A stretch of DNA of 36,457 nt from Octopus bimaculoides (lineage: Eukaryota), in NCBI RefSeq assembly GCF_001194135.2, contig NC_068982.1, forward strand, positions 37,534,963-37,571,419. Reading direction: 5' to 3'. A program made the translations under genes and the position numbers. The first letter of the stretch is position 1; the number at the start of each line of letters is the position of its first letter. This document shows positions 1 through 12,900 of this stretch, one piece after another. The notes below the pieces were generated by a model. That model saw nothing but the letters and a program-made list of their open reading frames with translations, was not told the DNA's origin and made no database searches.

Positions 1-390
1 CTCATCTAAATTGATTCGCTCCCTAATTAGTTGGGCTATGACCCTCTCTGTAACTTTCATAACCTGATCTAACAGCTTGATGCCTCTGTAATTATTTGTA
101 TCTAAAGCGTCACCTTTACCTTTGTAGCAGTTGACTATGATGCTGCTACACCAGTCATTGGGTATGACTCCTTCGTGTATCACCTGGTTCGTAATACGGG
201 TGACTAGGCTATAGCCAACACTGCCAGATATTTTGAGCATCTCTGCAGTGATTCCTGATGGGCCGGGGGCTTTCCCGGTCTTCATACTCTTAATTGCTTT
301 ATCTACCCTGGTACTATCAACTCGGATAGCTGGTCCCTCTATTGGGTCGACATACGGCAGGCTCTCTTTCTCCCATTCATTCTCTTTATT
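1..390 (-). mobile_element. RTE-clade LINE, ORF2 fragment running off the window edge
   Basis: 130 stop-free codons: ...MKTGKAPGPSGITAEMLK...IPNDWCSSIIVNCYKGKGDALDTNNYRGIKLLDQVMKVTER..., the RT N-terminal region (KAPG.DG, W, YRGI.L). Confidence 0.92.
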
Positions 391-800
391 CTGTAATAAT
401 CTATAACAATCACATCTAAATATATGTTGTGCTCTAACCATAATACATCATTGGCAGTTGTGAAATAGATTCAATATTATTAGTTGGTATCATTATGTCC
501 CTTAAGTATATCTAAATAGAGAGCTTTGAATATTACTTACATAATCTGTTTTGGCACCTTATATATTTTGAATTTAAAATCTCCGGTGTTAAATTTTATT
601 TTAATTTTTGACAAATTGGCAAAATGTATAAATAAACATCAGTAATATATTCTTGCTGTTGAAAAATGATTCAAGAGTTTTCCTACATATATATAATCTG
701 TTTATTTACATACATACACACACACGCACACATTTTTGACTTATGTGTTTTATTTTATAGAAATACATTTTCAAAAATTCTTATTTTCAATTGTACATAG

Positions 801-905
801 GAATCTGAACTGCAAGTAGGAAATGATATTAGCAATCTAGAAGTGGTGCGTTGGATTCTTCGGACTCAGTTTGACAGAAATGTGGTAACACAATATGATG
901 TCCAG
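801..905 (+). CDS. ACTR5: ACTR5 exon 1 (in window): [35 protein letters not shown]
   Basis: catag| acceptor, |gtaaat donor, 105 nt, phase 0-0. Confidence 0.92.
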
Positions 906-928
906 GTAAATTGAGTTGTGTGTGTATG

Positions 929-970
<42 letters not shown>

Positions 971-3900
971 TACATACATACACAAATACTTATGTTTTTT
1001 ATTCTATATTAATGTTTCATTTCTAAAATCAATTCTGGTAAGTGAACTTGTGTTAAAAAGTTTTTTTGGTTCAATGTTTAGAAGTAGTACACACACCCAG
1101 TATCTGTAGCCACTCAACTTTCTTGGGTACCAGATGAAGCTTCAGTGTCTCTTTGAAAGCAGTACGTTGAATGAAGACGCATCATTTTTAGAAATTACAT
1201 AAAATTTTGTGTTATTGGTATGTTTTAATCATATATTTTTCTTTGTTAACCAGAGAAATGAAATCAAAGAGGATAAAATTAAAATTACAGTTTTTTAAAT
1301 ATATCATATTCAATCAAAATTATCAATACATTTAATAATCCACTAGATCATTTGGTTATTTTTAAGTTTCTATAAATTTCCTATAGAATCCAGAGCCAAA
1401 AAAATTTGTAAAAATAAACTTTAAAATGAGAACATTGCATTGCTAATGTAAAAGTAAGGCACAATATTGACTTATAAACCTTTAATATATTTGGTAGTAT
1501 ATTATGGTTGAAGAATGAAATACTGTGTCCTTGCTGCAATTAATATTTTGGTTATTGGAAGAAACATCTCCTTAACCTGGGATGTTCCTTTGAAGCCAAT
1601 GCTTAGCTCTGGTTTTATTGCATGAAACAAATGAAAAGTCTACTGTTGGATGATATGCCTCTCTTCTGAAAACAAAATTTCCAGATAAAATATCTCAGGC
1701 GGATAGCTAGGTTAATAAAAAATGGAATAAAGTGTTCTGTGCCAAAATATGATTTGTTAAATGCAGATTTGAATTTATGGAACCTGAGGTGGGACATTAC
1801 TTTATAGAAACCATGCCAAATCAGACATAGGAGTTCAATGTGACCCTGTGGCTTGCCTGTTATCCTATCAAACCATCCAATCTATGCTAGCTTGGTAAAT
1901 GGGTGTTGAATGATGATGAAACATAATTTAAAACAGGCATGGCTTTATGGATTTGGTTTTACAACCACATCATGTATTCTATTATAGCCTTGTTGACCAA
2001 TGCTTTGTGAGTGTTCAAAAGCCTGTCATATTTATATACGTGTGTGTATCTGTTACCATTTTCATCTGTTGACACTGCTTGGAAGATGGCACTCTAACCC
2101 TAACCCTATAATCTAGCATATATCAATTCATTAGTACCAGACTTAAAAATAAGTCCTGGTTCAACATGTTCAATTAATACTTTTGAAGGTGGTAATCCAG
2201 TATGTTAATGACTTCAAGTCGAGTAAACTGTATGAAAAAATATAGTTGTGATTTCTGAGTCATAAACATTTTGACAATGTATGTAAAAATTAAGATGTTT
2301 TTTTGTCTCAAATTATGTGTAGTTTGATGTGGCATTACCAAGTTATTCTGATGATAAATAAACCAAGATGAAATAAAAGTAGTTAAAATGACATTTTCAA
2401 ACCGATAAACATAAAATTACAGGATGAATAAATGGTTTGCATAAGGGATGATGATAACTGGTTGAGAGGAGTGAAGGAAATGAATGTAGAAGGGAGCAGA
2501 GGAAGGGGGAAACTGAAAGACTTGGCTAAAGATAATAGAGGAGGATGTGAAGGCAATGGGAGTTTGTCAAGTGGTGTATAGGATGAGTCAAAATGTTAAA
2601 AAAACATTATGGGGCTCACAAAGCTAACCATTGTTCAAGAAAGAAAAAAAGATTTTTAAGGTTTATTGTTGAATAAAGAATTAACGTGAAATGACTTGAT
2701 AACAAGGGGAAACGACTCTGGTAAAAGTTGTGTAAAATGTTTACACATAAATAATAATGAAATTATTGTGTTCAGTGCTCAGGTGCAAAATGTCGGGAAA
2801 GTGAACAGTGTATGAGTCATGATATATACATGTGTGCATGCGTATGGAGGTGAGGATATCAGGTGTAGTGTTGGCGAATTTTAGGAAGCCTGGAGGTTTT
2901 AAAGGATGCAATACCTCAGCAGCTAACAATTGATGCAGGTAATTTGTTCCATGCTTCAGCAACAGAGTGTGAAAGAATGTTTCCAAAAGTCATGGGAGCT
3001 GTGCTGTTTTCTGACTTTGTAGGCTTGCCCGTGTGTGTCAGACACTTGGAATTCAAAAAGGTGCTCAAGATTGTTGTTGGCATAATGGTTAATAATTTTG
3101 TGGGTGTTTACCAAGTTAGTTGCCAGATGTTGCAGCTTCAATGTATCCATGCCAGGGAAGCAAGGGGTTTGGAGTATGGTAGATGCCTGATGGAGGGTAT
3201 TCGCTTGGTTGCATGTCTCTGAACAGTTTCCAGGAGGTCAATGTTCTCAGCAAAATAGGGGTTCCAGACAGGTGATGCAAATTCCAAGTGTGGCCACACC
3301 ATAGTCATATACAGCGTTAAATAAATAGCTGGAGAGTGGCTGACAAAGGTTTTGTTGAGTGATGCCTAGACACCCTCTGCCTTCTTGACAGTTTTAGAGA
3401 TGTGCTTTGTCCAGTGCAAATTGTTGCTGACAGTGATGTCCAGGTTATGTTTACAAGAAGACTTCTTGGTAGTAGCGTTGTGGAGGGAGTATGTGGACGC
3501 TGGGAGTTTCCTCCCAAAATGCATGGTGGTACATTTGTCCACAGCCATGATCCATTGCTGCATTGTCTAGGTCCAATTGCAGGAAAGATCTATAGTGTTC
3601 AGGATCTATCCTTTTGATCTCGAGGTACAGCTTGATGTCATCTGCATATTTCAGCACTGTGGCATTTGTCATTGATGTATGTAACAAACAAAAGGGGACC
3701 AAGAACAGATCCCTGCTGTACACCAGATGACATCTCATAGTGAAGAATACTGTCCTACAACTGTGACTACTTCTTTTCAATTGAGAATGGACTTCAACCA
3801 AACTCAAGATAACTAAAAACAAAATGAACAAAACCTGTTTTTCATCTTTCAAATCAGAGTCAGATTAAAGCCAATTAATGGTTACACACACATACATAAG

Positions 3901-6900
3901 GATAATGTCAAAGAGAAACATTTGTTCCTCTTTAAATCATATCTTTGAAACTGTTAAATGATAAACGACCATCATTCTCAAACAAACAGTGGTTATTTGT
4001 TTTTTCATTTGGGTGGTTGGAGTTAGGAAGGGCATCCAGCTGTAGAAACTCTGCCAAATTAGATTGGAGCCTGGTGTTTCCATCCGGTTTCACCAGTCCT
4101 CAGTCAAATCGTCCAACCCATGCTAGCATGGAAAGCGGACGTTAAACGATGATGATGATCTTCATTGTACAAGATCCAGTAGCTATAGTAAAGTCAGCAA
4201 CATCAAATATATAGCCTTGCAATTTGTTTCATTGTCATTAGCTAATTCAGCAAACATTTTACATTAATTTAAAAATTACAAAAATAGATTGTTTTATGTA
4301 AGGGAGAAAAAGGAAATATTTGATAAGAGATAAGACAGCAGTAGAAGCATCTGTTATAATTTTACTTTTATAATGTCTACATTTATCTAAATTTTTGTTG
4401 TCTCTGATAAGTCACAAAGGAGATCATCAATCAACATTTCAGTGTTGTCTACAATGACTGCTTTATAGTAACAAGCTTACTCTGATAAAGCAGAATCATC
4501 TTGTCTTTTGTATGTCTAGGACTAAATGTCTGTTTTTTGCCTTCAAGACATGTTATATAGCAGGGAGACTTGGCTGTTTTCTAGCAAGTTGAGCAACTAT
4601 GTAGATTCTGTCCTAGGTAAATGAAATCATAGTTCTGTTTGTTTTTTTTATATTTTATATCATCCTGGCCTTGAAATGTAACAAAGGGTTCTTACATAAA
4701 ATTATGATGAAAGGTTTATTTTAAATGTGCACATTTTAAAATAGACAGTCTTGTATCATAGAATCAAAAGTGTCTCAAACAGATTGGTTGTGTAAGGGTT
4801 AAAATGGTAATTTTCTTTTCCTTATTCTTTTTTCAGGAGCAAGTGTTTGACTATATTTTTAACCATTTGGGTATTGATACTGAAAGTTGTGTGGATCATC
4901 CCATTGTCATGTCTGAAGCTCTGTGTAATCCAAACTATTGCAGACAACGTAAGAAATATTTGATATATCAATTTATTTTTAATAGCTGTGGTTAGGAAGC
5001 TTGCTTCCTAGCCATATGGTTTTGGGTTCAGTCCCACTGCTTGGCACCATGGGCAAGTGTCTTCTGCTATAGCCTCGGGCCAACTGAAGCCTTGTAATTG
5101 AACACTTACAAAACTTATTCTAATGAATCCAAAAGAGTTGCAGTTCGTTCATTATAAACCTTCAGGCAAAACAAAACAGTGGCACATAAAAAGCACTATC
5201 TGAACGTGATCGATGCCAGGCCCACCTGACTAGCACGTAAAAAGCACCCACTACACTCTCAGAGTGGTTGGCATTAGGAAGAGCATCCAGCTGTAGAAAC
5301 ATTGCCAGATCAGATTGGAACCTGGTGCAGCTGCTGGCTCTACGGACGTTAAACGATGATGATGATTGAAGCATTGCATCAGTTGTGCTGGGTCTGAATT
5401 TCTTTCTGCATTTTTAGCTAGCTAAACTATCATAAAGAGTGTTTGTATTGGAGAAGCAAACTGTTGATTTCTTGTTTATAACAAATTTGTAAAGATATTT
5501 TTTTGTTTTCATTCCAGAAATGTCTGAGTTGTTGTTTGAATGTTACCATGTTCCTAAAGTTGCTTATGGCAATGATGCATTATTCAGTTTGTACAAAAAT
5601 CATCCAAAACCAGGTATTCTCATAATTCATTTAAAATCGTTTCAAACATGTCATTAACTTTTATTGTTACAATTTTTCTTCATCAGGTAAATTGGAAAAA
5701 AGATAGATGTGTTCGTTTGTATCCATCTCTCACATGAAAACAATAGGGAATTTGGAAAATTGCTTTTAAAATAGATGTATCCTGCATTGAATAACTTCGG
5801 GTGGATTTTATTTATGAATTTTAGTTCTATTTTTGCTGAGCTGTTAGCCTCAACTACAGATACTTATCCCTAGTGATGGGAAAAATGAATGATGCACATG
5901 TTGACAAACAAGAAAAAGTAAAATATTAGTTACAAAAGTTTGCAAATTGTTGATAATGTTTCTCATGTCAACTCCTGTTATTTTCCTTCTATTACTCCAG
6001 ACATTGAACAGCATTATAACAGCTTTTACCGTCTACATGTTAAATGAAATTACTGTTTTAGATAACATAATTCCTTCCTGTCATAAGTTACTTTACTCAT
6101 CTTCTCTCTACATTATGCAAGCCCAATTTTACATTTTTCCTTTGACACAGACAAGACTGTTTTTTAAGTTAATCAATCCCTAGATATGTTTTATATTATT
6201 GTATCAGTCCATACCAGCCAATTTCTACAGTCGCTTATTAAAAATTTCATCCAAATGTCCTTTGGCACATTTTACTCACTTAAAGGAAGGACACAATCTG
6301 ATCTGAGACAAATATAGAATGGTCAGAACTGTTAAATTTGATAATGTCTGTCAATCTGGCATTTAACAACAATCTTTGTATTAATAATTTTCCATACAGA
6401 TGTTAAATTTTTACATTTACTCTATACATTAGCAAGTTTTCTTATTCTTTTATTAACAGAATCAGCAAATGCTTTAATAGTTGACTGTGGTTATCAAACA
6501 ACTCATGTCATTCCCTTTATAAATGGTCAAATTGTTGCTGAGAATTGTCGCCGTCTAAATTTAGGTGGTTTACATCTTGATTCATTCCTACACAGACTTC
6601 TTCAGTTAAAATATCCCAATCATTTGGCTGCAATAACTCTTAGCCGTGCTGAAGTAAGTATAATTCTTGAAAATTTTATCAAAATCTATATTTTTTTTTT
6701 TCTTTTTCCTACCAGCTCTTATTGCCCTCTATATTAATCAACTGAAAGATTTTGGGCTTATTGGCCAGAAAGCTGGGATTAAGAACTATATTGATATACT
6801 AGCATTGTATCACATGTCTAAGATGTATCAGTAATGAAACATAATAAAGACAGACTCACAGCAAGTGTAAAGAAATGAGCTAATGGATCTTCAATTAAAT

Positions 6901-9900
6901 CATTAGCAGACTTGCAAGAGAACAAATAAAAAAAAATCTTGGTATTGATCAAATTTGACAAAGTACACTGTATGCTTCCCAGATTCACCACACAGTTATT
7001 GAGGGAAATCATTTCTTTCATTACTTACACATCTTTAAGCATTACATTCAAAAGCTTCCTTTTATTTTTGTCAAACTCTTTGATCTTCCTTTCTTTACAA
7101 ATATCTAGTGTGTCCTATTTCCAAGTAGTGTAACATCACTGAGCATACAGGGGTTTTGCCCTGAATTGCAACATCTCAAGTGGAGATGGATGTAGTCATC
7201 TTTTTAATCTCCTCAAGTATCTCTGTTTTTGATCCAGTCTCCATAGTCAGATTTGAGATTTCTATAGTTCACATCTTTAAGAATTCTGGCAAAGTGTAGT
7301 CATTGCCTGGTATTACTAATGTTGTCACCTACACGCTTCCTTCAGTACATTGAGTGGCTAGTTGTTAATTCTAATTTAACAATTTAATTCAAATAGTATC
7401 AATTACACTTCATGCTAGTATTCTAAAATCCAGGCATGAACTTCTTGCAATAGCAAGATATTTTCCATACAAATCGAGAGAAGTCTAGCACCAAGCTCTA
7501 CATATGTATGAATAAAATAACTAAAACCCTCAGAAGCTACCACAAAGACAAGGACATAAAATCTGACTTCACATCCAAAGCATTACTAAAACTCCATGTG
7601 AAAACTAGTTTTCCTTTTCAGAGCAATTGCTAACTTACAACAAAGCTCAAGACTACTGCTGCATATTCAAATATCTTGTGCTGTATTAAAAACAAACTGA
7701 CAAGTTCCAACATAATGACTTCTGATCCAGAGATAGCCATTGTCTCCTCTCTGAACTATCAAGTTGCATACTCTCTTGATTCAGCTCACTTATCTTCTGT
7801 TTGTTGTCATTCCCCCCAGATTTTCACACAAATCATTACTTCCAGAACTGCAGCTCTCTACAATAATTCGGCCATCTGCTTAGAGCCACCCATCAAAGGT
7901 CATGGTGGCTGCCATCTTGACAAGATACTGGGAGAACAATTGCTATAAGCTTGTTCCAGGTAAAATTTTAGATTAGGCTGGAGGTGTCATTGGCTCTCAT
8001 TCATTAAAAAGATGCTATGTTCATTAGCAAATACATTGTATTATTAAAAAATACTATATTGATAGTGTGAAAGATACTGTTCAATCATCTAACAGAACGA
8101 AGATTTAGCTCTAAATAATGTAGTAAATAACACACATATGCACTAAAAAAGAAAAGAAATGGCAAAGAATTTTAAAAACAATATTTAATTAACTATGTTA
8201 ATACAGATACTGTACATTTTTGTTTTCTTTTAATAAGACAAATATGTCTGGGTTGAAATCTACTTAAAATGGAAATATACTACAAAGACAATGAAATTAA
8301 TCAACACTTTAGTATAAAAAATTAAGTCACGGAAAACCCATTACAGACGTTAAAGAAATATGAATTGGATTTGTAAATTTTCCAATGAGACTGAATTATA
8401 GGCAGAGTTTTTTTCCATCTCTATATGCCTTTACTTACGAGTACCTGACAAATTGCTGCTCTTACTGGCTGATGAATAAGCAACAGGCATACCCTGGCTG
8501 TTGTAGGTGTACATTGGAGCACTGGGGTTGTTCTTCACTTGCATGCATGTCATTGGGTTTCCAACCATAGGCATGTTAGAAGCATTTGCTGCTGACATCA
8601 TATAGACATCTGAATACTTTAGGTCTTTGTCTAAGTATTTGTGTTGCTGTGAGTAGGGCAATTGGCTATAGTTTGCTCCTGACATATTCATTGCTTGCAT
8701 CTGTTGTACTGCAGCAGCTCCATACATCTGATACTGGGGCAATGGTGCAGAACTCATCTGCATGAGGTTTGGATAGGTAGAATTCTGAAGTCCAACAGAC
8801 ATCATACCTACAATAAGAAATAAATAAATTTTTATACATTTGTCTGTATGAATAAAAAAAAAGTGGAGGGTGGTTTGTAAATATCTACATAGTATTCTAC
8901 CTAATATTTTCTAAATACAAGAAAATTTTTGCCTAAATAGAGGATATCCAGAAGAAAATTAGATCCAAATATTTTCTCAAATTATAATTGAAAGTGTAAC
9001 AAGAAAATAACTAAAGTATTTATTAAAACTAACAATCATTCATGAAATATAATTAATGTCTATAGTGTACATAAACTGTATACGCATGATGAATTAAAAA
9101 AAAATTTTTTTTTAAATTCCGGATTCACATCCAATAGGTGTGGTACAAATTTAACCCACATATTCAGATGATTTACAACTTTAATCTGTTGTCTCCAATA
9201 TATAAATTTCTTCTGATGTAAGTTGTAAATACACCTGAAATATAAACACTAACACAACCCAAGGGGCGATATCTCTGGAAATTTTGTGAAGTATATACAC
9301 ATTTTGTGCCCTTCTGATTGATTTTTCTTTTGCAAATATAGTCTACTTTATTTCTTATGTATGATTGTTAATTCAGTGAATATCATTTTTGTGAACCATG
9401 TGCATTTGTATAAGTTTATATTTTTGTATAAGTTGTGTATTAGTTTTATATTTTGCAATTTTATGCTTTTCTATGAAAAAGTATAAAAATGCAGAAAACA
9501 AGCAAAACGTTAAAAAAAAAAAAAAAGAAAGATACTTATCTGTTATGTGTGTGCGATATCTCATCTGTGTGGAAAGTGATAAAGCACAATATACACTGCA
9601 AAACAACATCCATGATAAACAATGAAAGAAAACATTGCTACTTGGAGAAGCTCACCTCTTTTTGAGAGGTTTTACGATCATTTCTTTATAAGTTTACTTC
9701 TTTAATCTCACTTTTGGATGTTTTTTTTTTAATGTAAAAAGTATCTTTATTTCATATAAAGTCCTAGGGCAACTTTTAGAGTAAAATTTTTGAAATGCTT
9801 TTATTCAAAGCTATTAAAAAAATTGTGTAATTCATTAAAATCATTCAAGCATCTGAATTAGTTACATATTTCTTATTTTACTATGGTTCCTGNNNNNNNN

Positions 9901-12900
9901 NNNNNNNNNNNNNNNNNNNNNNNNNNNNNNNNNNNNNNNNNNNNNNNNNNNNNNNNNNNNNNNNNNNNNNNNNNNNNNNNNNNNNNNNNNNNNNNNNNNN
10001 NNNNNNNNNNNNNNNNNNNNNNNNNNNNNNNNNNNNNNNNNNNNNNNNNNNNNNNNNNNNNNNNNNNNNNNNNNNNNNNNNNNNNNNNNNNNNNNNNNNN
10101 NNNNNNNNNNNNNNNNNNNNNAAAAAAAAAAAAAAAAAATGAATGTAACAGGTAGTGAAGAAGGAATTTTATCAAATATATTTGAGATTTTAATGATGTA
10201 AAAAAATATAATTGGAGGATTTACTCATATTTTTCAGAAATAATTTCTGACAAACATCAATATATTTATAGACTTACTTGAAATAAAGTTAAATAAATTT
10301 AAAATTAAAAATATTTATCACAAGATAAACTGGCTAATTTTTTTAATGTAATCTAAATGCATTCTAATGTTGAAAACAAATGTTTTCATATAATTAATAT
10401 TAAAAAAAAAAAAATGTAGAATATTCTTAATCAAATATTTAATAGCTTAATTTTTTTTTCTTCAATAAATCTCTGAAAATTGGTCCAAAAAAAAAAACAA
10501 AAAAACATTATAAACCATTAAAAGCTATTGGATTTGGTCAAAATGTTTTCACAATGGCTACACTAAGAAAGTATTTGAAAGTTTAGAAACTTAAACATAC
10601 CTGGTGTCTGATTAACAAACATGCTTTGCTGACCATAAGGGTAACCAGTATTTACACTGATACCTTGTTGAGAACCGCTACCATACATGATTCCTGGAAG
10701 AGTGACTGCTACCCCCTGTGCTGGCTGCAACACCATTCCAGAACCTACTGACCAGTCTTGTGATTTAGTGACATATTGTTTTGTTGCATCATATGCTTTT
10801 GATGTATCATAACCTTTTGACATTTTTACTGATCAGTTTCCAAACTTGCTGATTTTAAGTTTACTTTCTGATAACCAAACCCTTTCAGAACTTGAAATTT
10901 CAAAGAGACAAAGAAAAAGAAAAAAGAAAATTATAAGCAGTGACAAGTTTTTGTTGCTGTAAATGTACAATGTCTTTATTATACAATTGATACTTTGTAT
11001 ATTTCTATATTAACCTCTTAAAACAATTTGTTATAATAAATTAAAAATTTCAGTCTTGAGCTGATTTTTTTTTTAATGATTTCTACTTGTGCAGTGGAGT
11101 GTAATTAACCAAATTTTTCCTTGCTACAGGAGTTAGTACAACACCACACACATATGGCAGTAAACTACCATGAAGAGCTAGCAAAATGGGCTGACTATGA
11201 GTATTATGAAGCTAATGTTCATAAAATCCAATTGCCATTCACTCTGGTAAGTTATCTTACCTTTAAATTTATATAATTAATGTTACTATGATTTGAATGG
11301 TCATATGAAGTAATTGATTCTTAAAGTTCTTTATGAAGTATGATTTCATAAATTATTTAAGACCTGGTATAAAGATAAAAAATTAAAACTGATGAAATTA
11401 AAACTTATTCATGCCAATTAAATGTTAAGCAAATTCGATGAAGTTAACTTGATTTTTTTTTTTATTGGGATTACTGCTCTCCAATTTTTAATCATTACCA
11501 CTTGTATAAGATTTTTCATGAACATTTATTACCAAGCAACATCATCTATTTATTTATTAGTCCTAAAAGTCATTTTATATTATGCGTAATACAAATAGCT
11601 AGAATGGCAGAATTCTAGTTTAAACACCTCATACAACCCTTCATAACCTTATTGGGGGGAGGGGGTCAGAAAATTTCTGCGAATTTGTATTCTACAGATG
11701 GGAATTCATACGATTATGCAAAAAATTTTTTTTTTGCAGTATGATTTAAGGGCAATTTAGCTGTTATTTTTAGCACATATTACGACCACCTGATACTGCC
11801 CTCGTGTCTTTGTCACTCTGACACGTATAGATGTTTTTCAATATTTTTCTCCACATGAACACATTTAATGGAATGCTGATGCACCTAAAGGTGGTATATT
11901 GCCGGAATTTAAGCAAAAAAATTCGGACTATTCATATTTTTTAAAAGATTCAAAACGTGGAACTTTTAAGATTTAAAGGGAAAGAGTTTGTAAAATTAAA
12001 AAAAAAAAAATTTTCTTTCCATAATCGTATGAATGAAATTCTTGTGTGCAGAACACAAATTCACAAAGACTTACTGAAAATTCCAAAAAATAAAAATGAG
12101 GAGTTATTATGGGGTGCTTAAACCAAAATTTCGCCGCTAAAATAATTTCAATATGACAAATAAGTAAAAAGAAAACCAACAACTTAGCAGTGAGAAATGC
12201 AAAAGTCCAGTCTACTAATGAAAAGCCAATGCATTGAAGGGAGTTCATAAACTTTAAACATGATTTATACATTAATATAGAGATAGTGATACAGATTAGA
12301 CTCAAGAGAAAATCATCTCGGAAGAAGCGAAATTGTGTATAAGAATTAGCAGAAAGGACGGCTCGGTTTGCAAAAGTGTTAGTGATATTAATAACAAAAA
12401 TGTTTCGAGTATCAGTTAAAGAAACTGAATGATCTAAAGATGTTAGGGGAAAAAATCTAAAGCAGTTTATATTTGCTATGAACCTTGCAGAGTTATAAAT
12501 TGCGAAGTGTAGTGACAACATGCAATGTTTTTATGGCAGAGATAAACATTTATAAAACTTACATAGATCGTATTTATCTACAAAACAAATACGTTTTACT
12601 TTTTCTCTTTTTTTTTTTTGGTACAAACTGTAAATAATTCTGTTATTTTGTTAATTACTGAGAATTGGACGCTGTGTTATGAGATGCATGCTGAAAATAA
12701 TGATGGAGCGGAGAGACAATTTTGTAGAATTAATATCAACTATAACGTGATAAGTGGATACTCTGGTTACTCATATTTTTTAAAATTTGGACAGAGCAAA
12801 AATCAGAGGAAATTGATCTAAAATCCACTCATTTGAAATATGAATCGAAAATAAATATAAGGATGTAGTATATATGCAATTGATTTTGGATCTTACAAAT

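Noticed and set aside
2741-3852. Cluster of eight short ORFs
   Set aside because: All are fragments or shadows of one decayed CR1-like LINE, not host genes.
9873-10175. ORFs spanning N runs (also 16087-16284)
   Set aside because: Artefacts of translating assembly gaps.
8439-10823. Identification of the nested protein as reflectin, DAZAP2, FAM168 or SS18
   Set aside because: Only compositional similarity; the diagnostic motifs or domains (reflectin MDMS..Y repeat, SS18 SNH domain) are absent.
11973-12521. 182-aa hydrophobic minus-strand ORF just upstream of the nested gene
   Set aside because: F/L/I/S-rich composition expected from T-rich DNA, it overlaps an inverted-repeat element, and I found no splice link in phase with the nested CDS.
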